From positions 12,243-76,242 of the forward strand of contig DATKCH010000001.1 of assembly GCA_035513295.1 (NCBI GenBank): 64,000 bases of DNA, written 5' to 3'. How positions within the stretch are numbered: the stretch's first letter is position 1; each line of letters opens with the position of its first letter. The translations under genes and the position numbers were made by a program. Origin of the DNA: Longimicrobiales bacterium (GTDB lineage: Bacteria > Gemmatimonadota > Gemmatimonadetes > Longimicrobiales > RSA9). Below, one piece after another: positions 1-9,071 of this stretch. The notes under the pieces were generated by a model. It ran no database searches. It was not told where the DNA came from and saw only the letters and a program-made list of their open reading frames with translations.

Positions 1-1
1 C

Positions 2-535
2 GACGACCGCGCGGCCGCCGCGGGCGGAGGCATGCAGGTCGTGCAGCTCCTGCCTCCGACACCCTTCGAGATCATCCGGCCGCCGGAGCCCGTCCCCGCC
101 CCTGATGTGACCGTGGAGATGGTCGAGTTCGAGCCGGTGATCGAACAGGTTTCCGCGGCGGACCTCGCCGCGCGCATCGGCCGCGGAGACGCCGAAGGGC
201 CGGAGGAGGGCGAAGGCATCGAGGGCGGAGAAGGCGAGGGCGACGCCGGCACCGCCGAGTCGGGGCGATTCCGGCTCCTGCCGCCCAACCCTCGGGGGCT
301 CATCATTCCGCCGAGCGACCGGCCGAACAGGGTGCGCGGCAAGGACGTCGAGGTGCACGTGTTCGTGAGCGAGACCGGCGCGGTCGTGCCGGATTCCACG
401 CGACTCTACCCGCCCACGGGCGATCGGAGGTTCGACGATCGGCTGATCCAGGACGCATCGGAATGGGTCTTCGAGCCGGCGCGACGCGGCGGCGATGCCG
501 TCGCGAGCTGGACGGTCTACACGCTCTCGCTCTGA
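2..535 (+). CDS. TonB-like energy transducer, C-terminal part (5' end outside window)
   Basis: The frame of ORF 32..535 stays open back to base 2. A Pro/Glu-rich spacer (PPEPVPAPDVTVEMVEFEPV, EGEGIEGGEGEG) is followed by a TonB_C-like segment (VHVFVSETGAVV...RRFDDRLIQDASEWVFEPARRGGDAV). Confidence 0.6.
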   Translation, partial: DDRAAAAGGGMQVVQLLPPTPFEIIRPPEPVPAPDVTVEMVEFEPVIEQVSAADLAARIGRGDAEGPEEGEGIEGGEGEGDAGTAESGRFRLLPPNPRGLIIPPSDRPNRVRGKDVEVHVFVSETGAVVPDSTRLYPPTGDRRFDDRLIQDASEWVFEPARRGGDAVASWTVYTLSL

Positions 536-577
536 TTCCGTCGCCCGGACCGGCGTAGGCCTTTCCCGAACGTTCCG

Positions 578-2341
578 CTAGCGCTCGTACACCACTCGCC
601 CGCCGACCATGGTGAGATCGGGCGTCGCGACCAGGATCTCCCCGGGCGGTATCGACGTCAGGTCGCGGTCCCAGATCACGAGGTCCGCGAGCATCCCCTC
701 CGACAGGGTTCCCTTCTCCTCCTCTTGGAACTCGCCGTACGCGCTGGCCGTGGTGTACAGGCGGATCGCTTCCTCGAAGCTCAGACGCTGCTCCGGCAGC
801 CAGCCGTCGGGGGGCTCGCCGGGCTCCTCGCGGCTCTGTCGGGTGATGGCGCTGTAGATGCCCTGCACCGGCTCGATCGGTTCGACCGCGAAGTCCGTCC
901 CGAAGATGACGCGGGCGTCCGCGTCCAGCAGCGAGCGCCACACGTAGGCCCCCTCCACCGCCCGCTCGCGCCCGATGCGCTCCTCGGCCCAGCGCATGTC
1001 GCTCGTGGCGTGGGTCGGCTGCATGCTCGCGATGACGCCGAGCTCCGCGAAGCGCGGGATGTCCGCGGAGTCGATCACCTGCGCGTGCTCGATCCGGTGG
1101 CGCAGGCCGCGCGATCCCAGCGCCTCCTTGGCCCTTTCGATGCCGTCCAGCACCGAGCGCACGGCGCCGTCCCCGATCGCGTGGATGGCGAGCTGGATGT
1201 CCGCGTCGTGCGCCGCGAGGATGAGCGAGTCCATGCGCGCCGCGGGGGTCGTCGGGATGCCGGAGGTCGTCGTGTCGTCGGTGAAGGGCTCCAGCATCCA
1301 CGCGGTGCGCGACCCGAGCGTGCCGTCCGAGTAGCCCTTCAGGATGCCCGTGCGCAGCCACGCGTCGCCCGTGCCCGCCCGGATGCCGCGCGCGCGCAGC
1401 GTGTCGATGTTGGCCATCGTGAGCGGCAGCCACGCATACAACCGGACGGTGAGCTCGCCCGCGTCCGCGAGCTCCCGATACAGCGCGAGCTCGCGGCTGT
1501 CGGCGCTCGTCGTGGCGCTCGTGACGCCGGCGCGCGCGGCGCGCTCGAGCGCGGCCTCGACGCCGCGCCGGAGCAGGACGTCGTCGGTCTCCGGGATCAC
1601 GCCGCCGATGAGCTCCTCGGCGTTCTCCTTGAAGATGCCGGTCGGCTCGCCGTCGGCGTCGCGCACGATCTCACCGCCTTCGGGGTCCGGCGTCTCCGCC
1701 GTGATCCCCGCCTCCGCCATCGCGAGCGAGTTGGCCCAGCCCGTGTGGCCGTCCACCCGGCCCAGGTACACCGGGTGGCCCGGAGCGGCGCGGTCCAGGG
1801 CCTCCTTCGTGGGCCAGCCGCCCGGACCCAGCTCGTCGTCGGGGAGCCGGGTGTGGTCCCAGCCGCGCCCCTGGATCCAGGTTCCGGAGGGCTGCCCTTC
1901 GGCGGCCGCGCGCACGCGCTCCGCGATCTGGTCGAGCGACGTGGTACCGTTCAGGTCCATCCGCAGCAGGGACATCCCGCCGGACGCGAAATGAAGGTGG
2001 GCGTCGTTGAATCCGGGGGTCACCAGCCGGCCGTCGAGCTCGATGACGCGCGTCGCCGCACCGATGTGCCTCGACACCTCCTCGTCGGTGCCCACCGCCA
2101 GGATCCGTTCCCCGCCGATCGCGACCCCGGATGTCGGATCCGCGCCCTCCACCGCGCTCATGACGACGCCCCCGCGCAGGACGAAGTCGGCGCCCGCCTC
2201 TTCGGCTTCCCGCTCGGCGCCTTCGGCGCACGCGGACAGCAGCGCCCCGGCGGCGGCCAGAGGGGTCAGCGCGCGGGCCAGCCGGTTGCGCCGGCGCGTC
2301 GAGGCCGTCCGGCGCTGGGCGCCTCGGGTTCGTGGGCTCAT
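578..2341 (-). CDS. Amidohydrolase family 3 (YtcJ-like metal-dependent hydrolase), lipoprotein
   Basis: This is the C-terminal 587 aa of the 1003-aa ORF, starting at the ATG at 2341 (MSPRTRG...). Lipobox LLSAC is present, with motifs GFNDAHLHF, HAIGD, RIEHAQ and FGTDF typical of the amidohydrolase_3 fold. The upstream part of the ORF is Arg-rich junk. Confidence 0.85.
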   Translation of the reverse strand: MSPRTRGAQRRTASTRRRNRLARALTPLAAAGALLSACAEGAEREAEEAGADFVLRGGVVMSAVEGADPTSGVAIGGERILAVGTDEEVSRHIGAATRVIELDGRLVTPGFNDAHLHFASGGMSLLRMDLNGTTSLDQIAERVRAAAEGQPSGTWIQGRGWDHTRLPDDELGPGGWPTKEALDRAAPGHPVYLGRVDGHTGWANSLAMAEAGITAETPDPEGGEIVRDADGEPTGIFKENAEELIGGVIPETDDVLLRRGVEAALERAARAGVTSATTSADSRELALYRELADAGELTVRLYAWLPLTMANIDTLRARGIRAGTGDAWLRTGILKGYSDGTLGSRTAWMLEPFTDDTTTSGIPTTPAARMDSLILAAHDADIQLAIHAIGDGAVRSVLDGIERAKEALGSRGLRHRIEHAQVIDSADIPRFAELGVIASMQPTHATSDMRWAEERIGRERAVEGAYVWRSLLDADARVIFGTDFAVEPIEPVQGIYSAITRQSREEPGEPPDGWLPEQRLSFEEAIRLYTTASAYGEFQEEEKGTLSEGMLADLVIWDRDLTSIPPGEILVATPDLTMVGGRVVYER

Positions 2342-2527
2342 GGCGTTCGAGCGGGTTCGGGAGGTGTGCCTGACCACCGCGCGGGGTGGTCGCGTGCGCG
2401 CGGCACCGAGTACCTTCGCGTTCGCGGCGGCCCCGGACCGGGTCGCGGCGTACACTAGGGCGGTTTCCCGCGTCCGGCCAGCCGGACGGCGCGCGGCCGC
2501 GGTCGCGCAACCACCCCGGGAGGAGAC

Positions 2528-2941
2528 ATGCTGCTTCGCAGGTACGGCAACAGAATACAGAGCGTCGAGCCCAACTTTCAACCGCACGCGCTCACCGAGA
2601 TCGCCTTCACGCGCACCGACGACTTTCGCGCCGAAGCGGACGAATTCGCGGACGAGTGGGAGCTGGTGTCGAGCCACGAGGTGGCCGGGGTCACCGAGGG
2701 GGACGTCAAGACCGAGGTGGAGTCCGCGCTGCTCGCGGACCTGCTCGAACAGCTCGGGTCGATCGTCGCGGCCGCGCCGGAAGGCCACGTCGCGCTCGTG
2801 GAGAACAAGCTGGGGCAGGACCACCCCAAGCTGCGCGATGCCACCAAGACGACCGTGGTCGACGGCGCGAACCGTTTCCACTTCACCTATTCGGTGGACC
2901 CGCCGCTGCGCGTCGGCGTGTACCGCCCGGCGGCCGGGTAG
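2528..2941 (+). CDS. Hypothetical acidic protein (137 aa), first gene of the glycan/LPS-core operon
   Basis: Strong SD GGGAGGAG lies 4 nt upstream of the ATG. GC3 is high and the amino-acid composition looks natural (not Arg/Pro-rich). I recognise no family. The next gene starts 16 nt downstream. Confidence 0.6.
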   Translation: MLLRRYGNRIQSVEPNFQPHALTEIAFTRTDDFRAEADEFADEWELVSSHEVAGVTEGDVKTEVESALLADLLEQLGSIVAAAPEGHVALVENKLGQDHPKLRDATKTTVVDGANRFHFTYSVDPPLRVGVYRPAAG

Positions 2942-2956
2942 GGCCGAGCGCCGGGC

Positions 2957-3769
2957 GTGGCGCACGCGATTCCCCATCGGCGCATCGAGTCGGCGCCGGC
3001 CGTGGCGTACGCGCTGCCGGCGTTGCGCGAGCGGGTGGAGGAGCTGCTCGCGGCCGGGACGCTGAGCGACTTCGCGAGCGGCCATCCCGAGCGGGAGCCG
3101 CTCGGCGGACGGGGGCAGGCCTGGCGCATCCCGGCGCCGGCCACGACGCCGGGGGCGTCGCCGTTCTGGGCGGTGAGGCACTACGTCCGCGGCGGGTCGG
3201 TGGCGGGCCCGCTGCTCGGCGACCGGTACGCGCGTGCGGGGGTGCCGCGCCCGTTCGCCGAGCTGCGAACGAGCGAGCGAGCGCGCGCGCGTGGCGTGCG
3301 TACGCCACGCGTGCTGGCGGCCGCTTCCTATCCGGCCGGGCCGCTTTTCCGGCGCGGGGACCTCGTAACGGACTGGGTCGAGGGCGCGACGGACCTCGCG
3401 CGATCGCTGTTCGGGGGGGCGGCCCCGGACGAGCGTTACGCGCTGCTGCGGGCGAGCGGCGCGCTCGTGCGCACGCTGGCCCTCGCCGGCGTCGAGCACG
3501 TGGACCTCAACGCCGCCAACATCGCCCTCCGCGCCACGCCGGACGGTTGGGAGACCTGGGTGCTGGACCTGGACCGCACGCGCATCCACGCCGAACCGCT
3601 GGTCAGCGCCGGCGTGCGCATGCTGGCCAGGCTCGAGCGTTCGCTCGCCAGGCTCGGAGCGTCCTCGGAGACGCCCCTGGAGGCGGCCGAATGGGATGCG
3701 CTACTGGCTGGCGCGGGCGACCTGAACGACGTCCTGCGCCACGGGCACGACGACGCCGGGCCCGCGTGA
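2957..3769 (+). CDS. kdkA: Kdo kinase / LPS kinase family protein (KdkA-like)
   Basis: GTG start. WAVRHYVRGG resembles the RHYRRGG motif of Kdo kinases. Kinase catalytic-loop-like HVDLNAANI and DLD are present. It sits next to a GT9 heptosyltransferase. Confidence 0.7.
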   Translation: MAHAIPHRRIESAPAVAYALPALRERVEELLAAGTLSDFASGHPEREPLGGRGQAWRIPAPATTPGASPFWAVRHYVRGGSVAGPLLGDRYARAGVPRPFAELRTSERARARGVRTPRVLAAASYPAGPLFRRGDLVTDWVEGATDLARSLFGGAAPDERYALLRASGALVRTLALAGVEHVDLNAANIALRATPDGWETWVLDLDRTRIHAEPLVSAGVRMLARLERSLARLGASSETPLEAAEWDALLAGAGDLNDVLRHGHDDAGPA

Positions 3770-4836
3770 CGGAACTGGCCGAACGCCTCGCGCGCGGGCG
3801 GCGCGAAGTCGGCGTCCTGATGCTCACCGCGATCGGGGACGCGGTCCACGTCCTGCCGGTGCTGTCCGCGATGCGCCGCGCCCGGCCCGAGTGGCGCCTG
3901 ACGTGGATCATCCAGCCCGTGCCCCACCGACTCGTCGCCCCGAACGATCCGGCCGACGACTACGTCGTCTTCGAGCGCCGCCGCGGGCCGGCCGCGTGGC
4001 GATCCTACGCGGAGGCCCGCGCGGCCACGCGGGACCGTCGCTTCGACGTCCTCCTCTGCCTGCAGGTCTATTTCAAGGCGGGCCTGCTCGCGGCGGTCCT
4101 GCCGGCGGACGTGAAGCTCGGCTTCGACCGCCGGCGGGCGCGCGACGCCAACTGGCTGTTCACGGATGAGCGCATCCCCGCGCGCCCCGCGGGCCACGTC
4201 CAGGACCAGTACTTCGAGTTCCTGGAATACCTGGGGATCGACCCGCGGCCGGTCGTCTGGGGACTGGCCCCCACACCCCCGGAACGGGAGGAGCAGCGCG
4301 CATTCCTGGAGCGGCTGGAGGGCCGGCGCGCGTGCGGCGTCGTGGTGGCCACGAGCCGGCCCGAAAAGAACTGGGCTCCCGCGCGGTACGCGCGGCTCCT
4401 GGACTCCGTGCGCGGCGACCTCGGCCTGACGCCCGTCCTGATGGGCGGGCCCTCGTCGGTGGAGCGCGCCGCGGCAGAGAAGATCACGTCCGCGATGACG
4501 GCGCCGCCGGTGGACATGCTGGGCGACGACGTGCGCCGGCTGGTCTGGCTCGCGCAGGCGTGCGACGTGGTCGTCAGCCCCGACACCGGTCCGCTGCACG
4601 TGGCGCGCGCGGTCGGCACCCCGGTGGTGGGACTGTTCGGCTTCACGAACCCCCTGCGCTACGGGCCCTACCGCGCCTTCGAGGACCTGGTCGTGGACGG
4701 GTACGCGATCTCTCCGGGGGAGCCGTATCCGCTCAGCGCCCGGCACCGGCCGGATGGAATGGCGCGCGTCACGGTCGACGCCGTGCTCGCGTCGGTGGAG
4801 CGGGCGCTCGCGCGTTACGCGCCCGGAGGGCCATGA
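3766..4836 (+). CDS. Glycosyltransferase family 9 (LPS heptosyltransferase-like)
   Basis: GTG at 3766 overlaps the kdkA-like stop (GTGA). GT9 hallmarks are present: MLTAIGDAVHVLPVL near the N-terminus and the C-terminal SPDTGPLHVARAVGTPVVGLFG. Confidence 0.8.
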   Translation: MTELAERLARGRREVGVLMLTAIGDAVHVLPVLSAMRRARPEWRLTWIIQPVPHRLVAPNDPADDYVVFERRRGPAAWRSYAEARAATRDRRFDVLLCLQVYFKAGLLAAVLPADVKLGFDRRRARDANWLFTDERIPARPAGHVQDQYFEFLEYLGIDPRPVVWGLAPTPPEREEQRAFLERLEGRRACGVVVATSRPEKNWAPARYARLLDSVRGDLGLTPVLMGGPSSVERAAAEKITSAMTAPPVDMLGDDVRRLVWLAQACDVVVSPDTGPLHVARAVGTPVVGLFGFTNPLRYGPYRAFEDLVVDGYAISPGEPYPLSARHRPDGMARVTVDAVLASVERALARYAPGGP

Positions 4837-4843
4837 TGCCGGC

Positions 4844-5671
4844 ATGACGCTCTCGGTCGTGGTCTCCACCTACAACCAGCCCGAATGGCTGGAGCTCAGC
4901 CTGAGGAGCCTCGCGGCGCAGCGGGACCGCGCATTCCGGGTGCTCGTCGCCGACGACGGGTCGGGGCCGGAGACGCGCGGGCGCATCGATCTGGTGAAGG
5001 CGGACACCGGCCTGGACGTGCGCCACGTATGGCAAGAGGACGCCGGCTTCCGGAAGTGCGAGATCCTGAACCGGGCGATCCTGGAATCCGACGGCGAGTA
5101 CCTCGTCTTCACAGACGGAGACTGCATCGTCCAGCCCGACTTCGTCGCCGCCCACCGGGCGCTCCGGGAGCGCGGCCGCTTCCTGTCGGGCGGGTACGCG
5201 AAGCTGCCGGCGCAGGCCAGCGCCGCGATCGGCGCCGAACACATCGCGTCGGGTCGGGCGACGGACTACCTGTGGCTCCGCCGGCACGGCGCCCCATCGA
5301 CGCGCTCGCTGCGCCGCCTCGCCGTCCCCGCTCACCTGGCACCCGTGTTCGACCTGCTCACGCCGACCCGCGCGAGCTTCAACGGACACAACGCCTCGGC
5401 CTGGAAGCGCGACCTGGAGGCGGTCAACGGGTTCAACGAGGACATGGGCTACGGCGGGCTCGACCGCGAGCTGGGAGAGCGGCTGGAGAACGCCGGCGTG
5501 CGCGGCAAGCAGGTCCGCCACCGCGCCCACGTGGTGCACCTGGACCACCCGCGCGGCTACCGCGATGAGGCCGTGCTGCGGCGCAACCGCGCGATCCGGG
5601 ACGAGGTGGCTGCCACGCGCCGCGTGCGCGCGGAGCGGGGGCTCGACGGGCACCGCGACCAGGGTCGATGA
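4844..5671 (+). CDS. Glycosyltransferase family 2
   Basis: The start MTLSVVVSTYNQPEWL is a typical GT2 N-terminus. VADDGSG and TDGD (DxD) motifs are present. It is a paralogue of the gene at 8149..9063. Confidence 0.8.
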   Translation: MTLSVVVSTYNQPEWLELSLRSLAAQRDRAFRVLVADDGSGPETRGRIDLVKADTGLDVRHVWQEDAGFRKCEILNRAILESDGEYLVFTDGDCIVQPDFVAAHRALRERGRFLSGGYAKLPAQASAAIGAEHIASGRATDYLWLRRHGAPSTRSLRRLAVPAHLAPVFDLLTPTRASFNGHNASAWKRDLEAVNGFNEDMGYGGLDRELGERLENAGVRGKQVRHRAHVVHLDHPRGYRDEAVLRRNRAIRDEVAATRRVRAERGLDGHRDQGR

Positions 5672-5717
5672 GCGGCGCCGTTGGTCGGCCGGCCGTCGCG
5701 CGAGCGGAGGCGCTCGC

Positions 5718-7052
5718 GTGAGCCGCTCCGCGGGGGCGTCCGGCCGGGAGCATCTTCTCGTCACGAACTCCGTCGCGCTGAACGGCGGCGACGCGGCGAT
5801 CCTGCTCGGCCTCCTCCGGGGGGTACGTCGCGCGTTCGGACCCGGCGTGTCCGTGGACGTGGCCGACGAGGCCTTCTCCGCGGCGGCGCGGGCGTATCCG
5901 GACATCTCCTTCGTGCCCCCCCTGCACGGCTCTGCGCGGCGCCCGCAGGGGCCGATCGAAGCGCTCGCGCGCAGCCTGCGGCGGCGCAGGGTGTCGGCGG
6001 CCGACGCGCTCATCGGCGCGGCGCCGGCGCTGGCGCGCTTGCTCCTTCCGCCAGCGGGGCGGGCCCAGCTGGATCGCCTGCGCGGCGCCGCAGCGGTCAT
6101 CTCCACGGGCGGGACCTACCTCGTCGAGCACTACCCGCTCCGGCGCCGGCTGGAGTCGATCGACATCCCGGCCCGGCTCGGAGTGCCCACGTACCTGTAC
6201 ACGCAGTCGCTCGGGCCCTTTGCCGACCCGCGCAACGCTCGCCGGGTGGCGGACGCGCTCTCGCGCGCAGCGCGCGTGTTCCTGCGGGACGGGCGCTCGC
6301 GCGACCATCTTCTGGAGATCGGGGTCGACGCGGACCGCCTGAGCGTCCACCCGGACGCCGCCTTCGCGCTGGCGCGCGCCCCGGGCGCGGCCCCGCCGGA
6401 GCCGACCCGGGTGGCGCTGTCCGTCCGCCACTGGCCGCACCACCGTACGCAGACGCCCGAGGAGGGACAGCGACGCTACCGCGAGGCGATCGGCGCGGTC
6501 GCCCGCCGACTGGCCGCCGCCGGCGCGCGCGTCACGTTCCTTTCGACGTGCCAGGGGCAGCCCGAATACCGCACCGACGACGCCCGGTACGCCGCCCGCA
6601 TCGTCGAGGAGCACCTCGCCCACGTGTCGGGCGTGGAGGTGGACGCGGCGTTCCGGACGCCGGAGGAGCTGATCGACGAGCTCGCGGGCTACCACCTGGC
6701 GATCGCGACGCGCATGCACTTCGCCATCCTCGCCCTGTGCGCGGGGGTGCCGGTCGCGCCCATCGCGTACGAGTTCAAGACCGCGGAGCTCTTTGCCGGG
6801 TTCGGCTGGGAGCCGCGGGTGACGGAGCTGGAGAGCATCTCGGCGGAGGCTCTGTGGCGCAACGTGGACGCCACGCTGGCCGACGCCGCCGGCATTCGGA
6901 CCCGCCTCGCCGAGGAGCTTCCGCGCCTGCGCGAGGCCGCGATGGAACCGGCCGAGCGGATCCGCGAGGATCTCCGGGGCGCCGCCGCCGACCATCAGTC
7001 GGCGCCCGGCCGCCCGCCGGCCGATCCGGGGACGGGGCTCGGGGAGCGGTGA
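5718..7052 (+). CDS. Polysaccharide pyruvyl transferase family protein (WcaK/CsaB-like)
   Basis: GTG start at 5718. STGGTYL and IATRMHFAILALCAGVPVAPIAYEFK are characteristic of PS_pyruv_trans. The start codon is uncertain. Confidence 0.75.
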   Translation: MSRSAGASGREHLLVTNSVALNGGDAAILLGLLRGVRRAFGPGVSVDVADEAFSAAARAYPDISFVPPLHGSARRPQGPIEALARSLRRRRVSAADALIGAAPALARLLLPPAGRAQLDRLRGAAAVISTGGTYLVEHYPLRRRLESIDIPARLGVPTYLYTQSLGPFADPRNARRVADALSRAARVFLRDGRSRDHLLEIGVDADRLSVHPDAAFALARAPGAAPPEPTRVALSVRHWPHHRTQTPEEGQRRYREAIGAVARRLAAAGARVTFLSTCQGQPEYRTDDARYAARIVEEHLAHVSGVEVDAAFRTPEELIDELAGYHLAIATRMHFAILALCAGVPVAPIAYEFKTAELFAGFGWEPRVTELESISAEALWRNVDATLADAAGIRTRLAEELPRLREAAMEPAERIREDLRGAAADHQSAPGRPPADPGTGLGER

Positions 7053-8179
7053 GCGGCCGCCCCACCGCGGTGATCTTCCGCAAGCGGCTGCTGCCCTGGT
7101 CGGAGACGTTCATCGCGCAGCAGGGGCGCGCGTTGACGAGGTACCGGCCGCTCTTCGCCGGGTACGCGTACGAGGAGGGTGGCGAGGCGTACCTCGCCGG
7201 CGCGGACACCGCGGTCCTTTCAGAGCACGGCCTGGCGCCCGCGCTGGGCAAGGCCCTGGCGAAGGGGTTCGGCGTCCTGCCGCCCGCGTGGGGGCGCGCG
7301 ATCGCCGCTTACGATCCAGCCATCGTCCACGCGCATTTCGGCGTCAACGCGCTCGCCGCACGGCCGATCGCGAAGGCGTTCTCCGTGCCGCTCGTGGTCA
7401 CCTACCACGGCATGGACATCACCGTGCGGCGGCGGAGCGGGACGGCCGTGCGCCGCCAAGAGAAGGTGTTCGAGGTCGCCGACCGGATCATCGGCGTGTC
7501 GGACTTCATACGCGACCGGCTGCTGGACGCCGGCGCACCGCCCGGCAAGGTCGTACGCCACCGGATCGGCGTGGACACGGACCACTTTTCGCCTGGAGAC
7601 GGCTCCGCCAGGGAGCCCGCCACGGTCCTGTTCGCGGGGCGCCTCGTGCCCAAGAAGGGGCTCGAGCACCTGCTGCACGCCATGCCGGCCGTCCAGCGGG
7701 CCGTGCCCGGTGCGCGCCTCCTGATCGCCGGCGACGGCCCGTTGCGCGCGGACATGGAAGCCGAGGCCGGCCGCGCCGGGGCGTCGGCGCGGTTCCTCGG
7801 CGTCCGGACGCCCGAGCAGGTCCGGGACCTCATGCGCCGCGCGACCGTGTTCGCCGCGCCCAGCGTGGTGGCCGGGGACGGCAACGCGGAGGGTCTGCCG
7901 ATGACGATCGTGGAGGCGCAGGCGTGCGGGCTGCCAGTCGTCGGGTTCCCCTCCGGAGGGTCGGCCGAGGGGGTGCTGGAGGGCGTGACGGGGTTCATGC
8001 TGCCCCCGCGCGACGAGAAGGCCCTCGCCGCGCGGCTCGCGGGGCTCCTCGGCGATCCGGACCGCCGGGCCGGGATGTCGCGCGCCGCGCGCGCCCACGC
8101 GCTCGAGTCCTTCGACCTGCACCGTCAGACGGCGAAGCTGGAGGCGATCTACGACGAGGCGCGCGGGCTCGCGTCCTGA
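7049..8179 (+). CDS. Glycosyltransferase family 4 (GT-B, group 1)
   Basis: GTG at 7049 overlaps the previous stop (GTGA). The C-terminal EGLPMTIVEAQACGLPVVGFPSGG motif is the GT4 E-x7-E region. Confidence 0.85.
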   Translation: MSGRPTAVIFRKRLLPWSETFIAQQGRALTRYRPLFAGYAYEEGGEAYLAGADTAVLSEHGLAPALGKALAKGFGVLPPAWGRAIAAYDPAIVHAHFGVNALAARPIAKAFSVPLVVTYHGMDITVRRRSGTAVRRQEKVFEVADRIIGVSDFIRDRLLDAGAPPGKVVRHRIGVDTDHFSPGDGSAREPATVLFAGRLVPKKGLEHLLHAMPAVQRAVPGARLLIAGDGPLRADMEAEAGRAGASARFLGVRTPEQVRDLMRRATVFAAPSVVAGDGNAEGLPMTIVEAQACGLPVVGFPSGGSAEGVLEGVTGFMLPPRDEKALAARLAGLLGDPDRRAGMSRAARAHALESFDLHRQTAKLEAIYDEARGLAS

Positions 8180-9063
8180 CCGCCCAAGCCACCCACCACT
8201 CCGGCCCCGTCCTCGTCCTCGAGCTGGTCGAGGCCGCGCGCTGCCCTCGTCTGCCCGCTCGCGCGGATGCGCGCCCTCTCCTCGGCGATTCGCCGCATGC
8301 CTTCCGGGTCGCGCCAGGGGCGTTCGTGATGGAGGTGCACGGCGGGCGCGCGATGGCGAATGCGCAGCGGCGCCACGCCCAGGTTTTCCAGCCGGTCGCC
8401 GAGCGCGGCGTCCTGGCCCCCGTACCCCATGTCCAGGTCGAAGCCGTTCACGGCCAGCAGGTGCTCGCGCCAGGTCGAGGCGTTGTTGCCGTGCCAGCGC
8501 CGTGGGGTGGGCGTGAGCTGGTCCAGGAGCCAGCCGGCCGGTCCCGGCCCGAGGAATCGCAGCGCCCTTCTGCCCGGCCTCAGCCCGATCCGGCGCAGGT
8601 GCGCCAGTGAGGTGGCGCGGCCGGCGCGCACGTCATCGACGGAGAGCCGGTCCGTCACGTCCGCGGGAAGCTTGACGTACCCCCCCGCGAGATAGCGTCG
8701 CGGGCGCGCCAGCCGGGCGTGCGTCTCCACCAGGCGCGGGTGCGGAATCGTGTCGCCGTCAGAGAAGATGAGGTAGTCGGCGTCCGCGGCCGCGATCGCG
8801 CGGTTCAGGATCGCGCTCTTCCGGAAGCCCCGGTCCGGTTGCCAGACGTGGCGGATGTCAAGGCCGGTCTCGGCGCGCATCCGGTCGACCAGCGCGCGGG
8901 TTCCGTCGCCGGACCCGTCGTCGGCCACCCAGATGCGGAAGCCCGTGCATGTCTGCGCCGCGTACCCCCAGAGCGCGAGCCCCAGCGCCCGCGGCGCGTC
9001 GTAGGTGGACAGGATGACGTCGACCTCGAGCCCGCTCCTCGCCGCCGATTTCCTCGCCGCCAC
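8149..9063 (-). CDS. Glycosyltransferase family 2 (paralogue of 4844..5671)
   Basis: GTG start at 9063, 8 nt downstream of the MsbA-like stop. VILSTYDAP, VADDGSG and SDGD motifs are present. About half of aligned residues match the 4844 gene by eye. Its 3' end overlaps the convergent GT4 gene by 31 nt. Confidence 0.8.
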   Translation of the reverse strand: MAARKSAARSGLEVDVILSTYDAPRALGLALWGYAAQTCTGFRIWVADDGSGDGTRALVDRMRAETGLDIRHVWQPDRGFRKSAILNRAIAAADADYLIFSDGDTIPHPRLVETHARLARPRRYLAGGYVKLPADVTDRLSVDDVRAGRATSLAHLRRIGLRPGRRALRFLGPGPAGWLLDQLTPTPRRWHGNNASTWREHLLAVNGFDLDMGYGGQDAALGDRLENLGVAPLRIRHRAPAVHLHHERPWRDPEGMRRIAEERARIRASGQTRAARGLDQLEDEDGAGVVGGLGGQDASPRASS

Positions 9064-9071
9064 AGGCGCCG

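Noticed and set aside
303-2458. ORFs 303..1433 (-, 376 aa) and 725..2458 (+, 577 aa) overlapping the amidohydrolase gene
   Set aside because: They are out-of-frame or antisense to a gene with clear amidohydrolase motifs. The products are dominated by R, G, A, P and H runs, and no SD or start context supports them.
2342-3589. N-terminal 416-aa extension of the 1003-aa ORF 578..3589
   Set aside because: The extension is Arg-rich junk and runs antisense through the 2528..2941 and kdkA-like genes. A signal peptide/lipobox begins right after the internal ATG at 2341.
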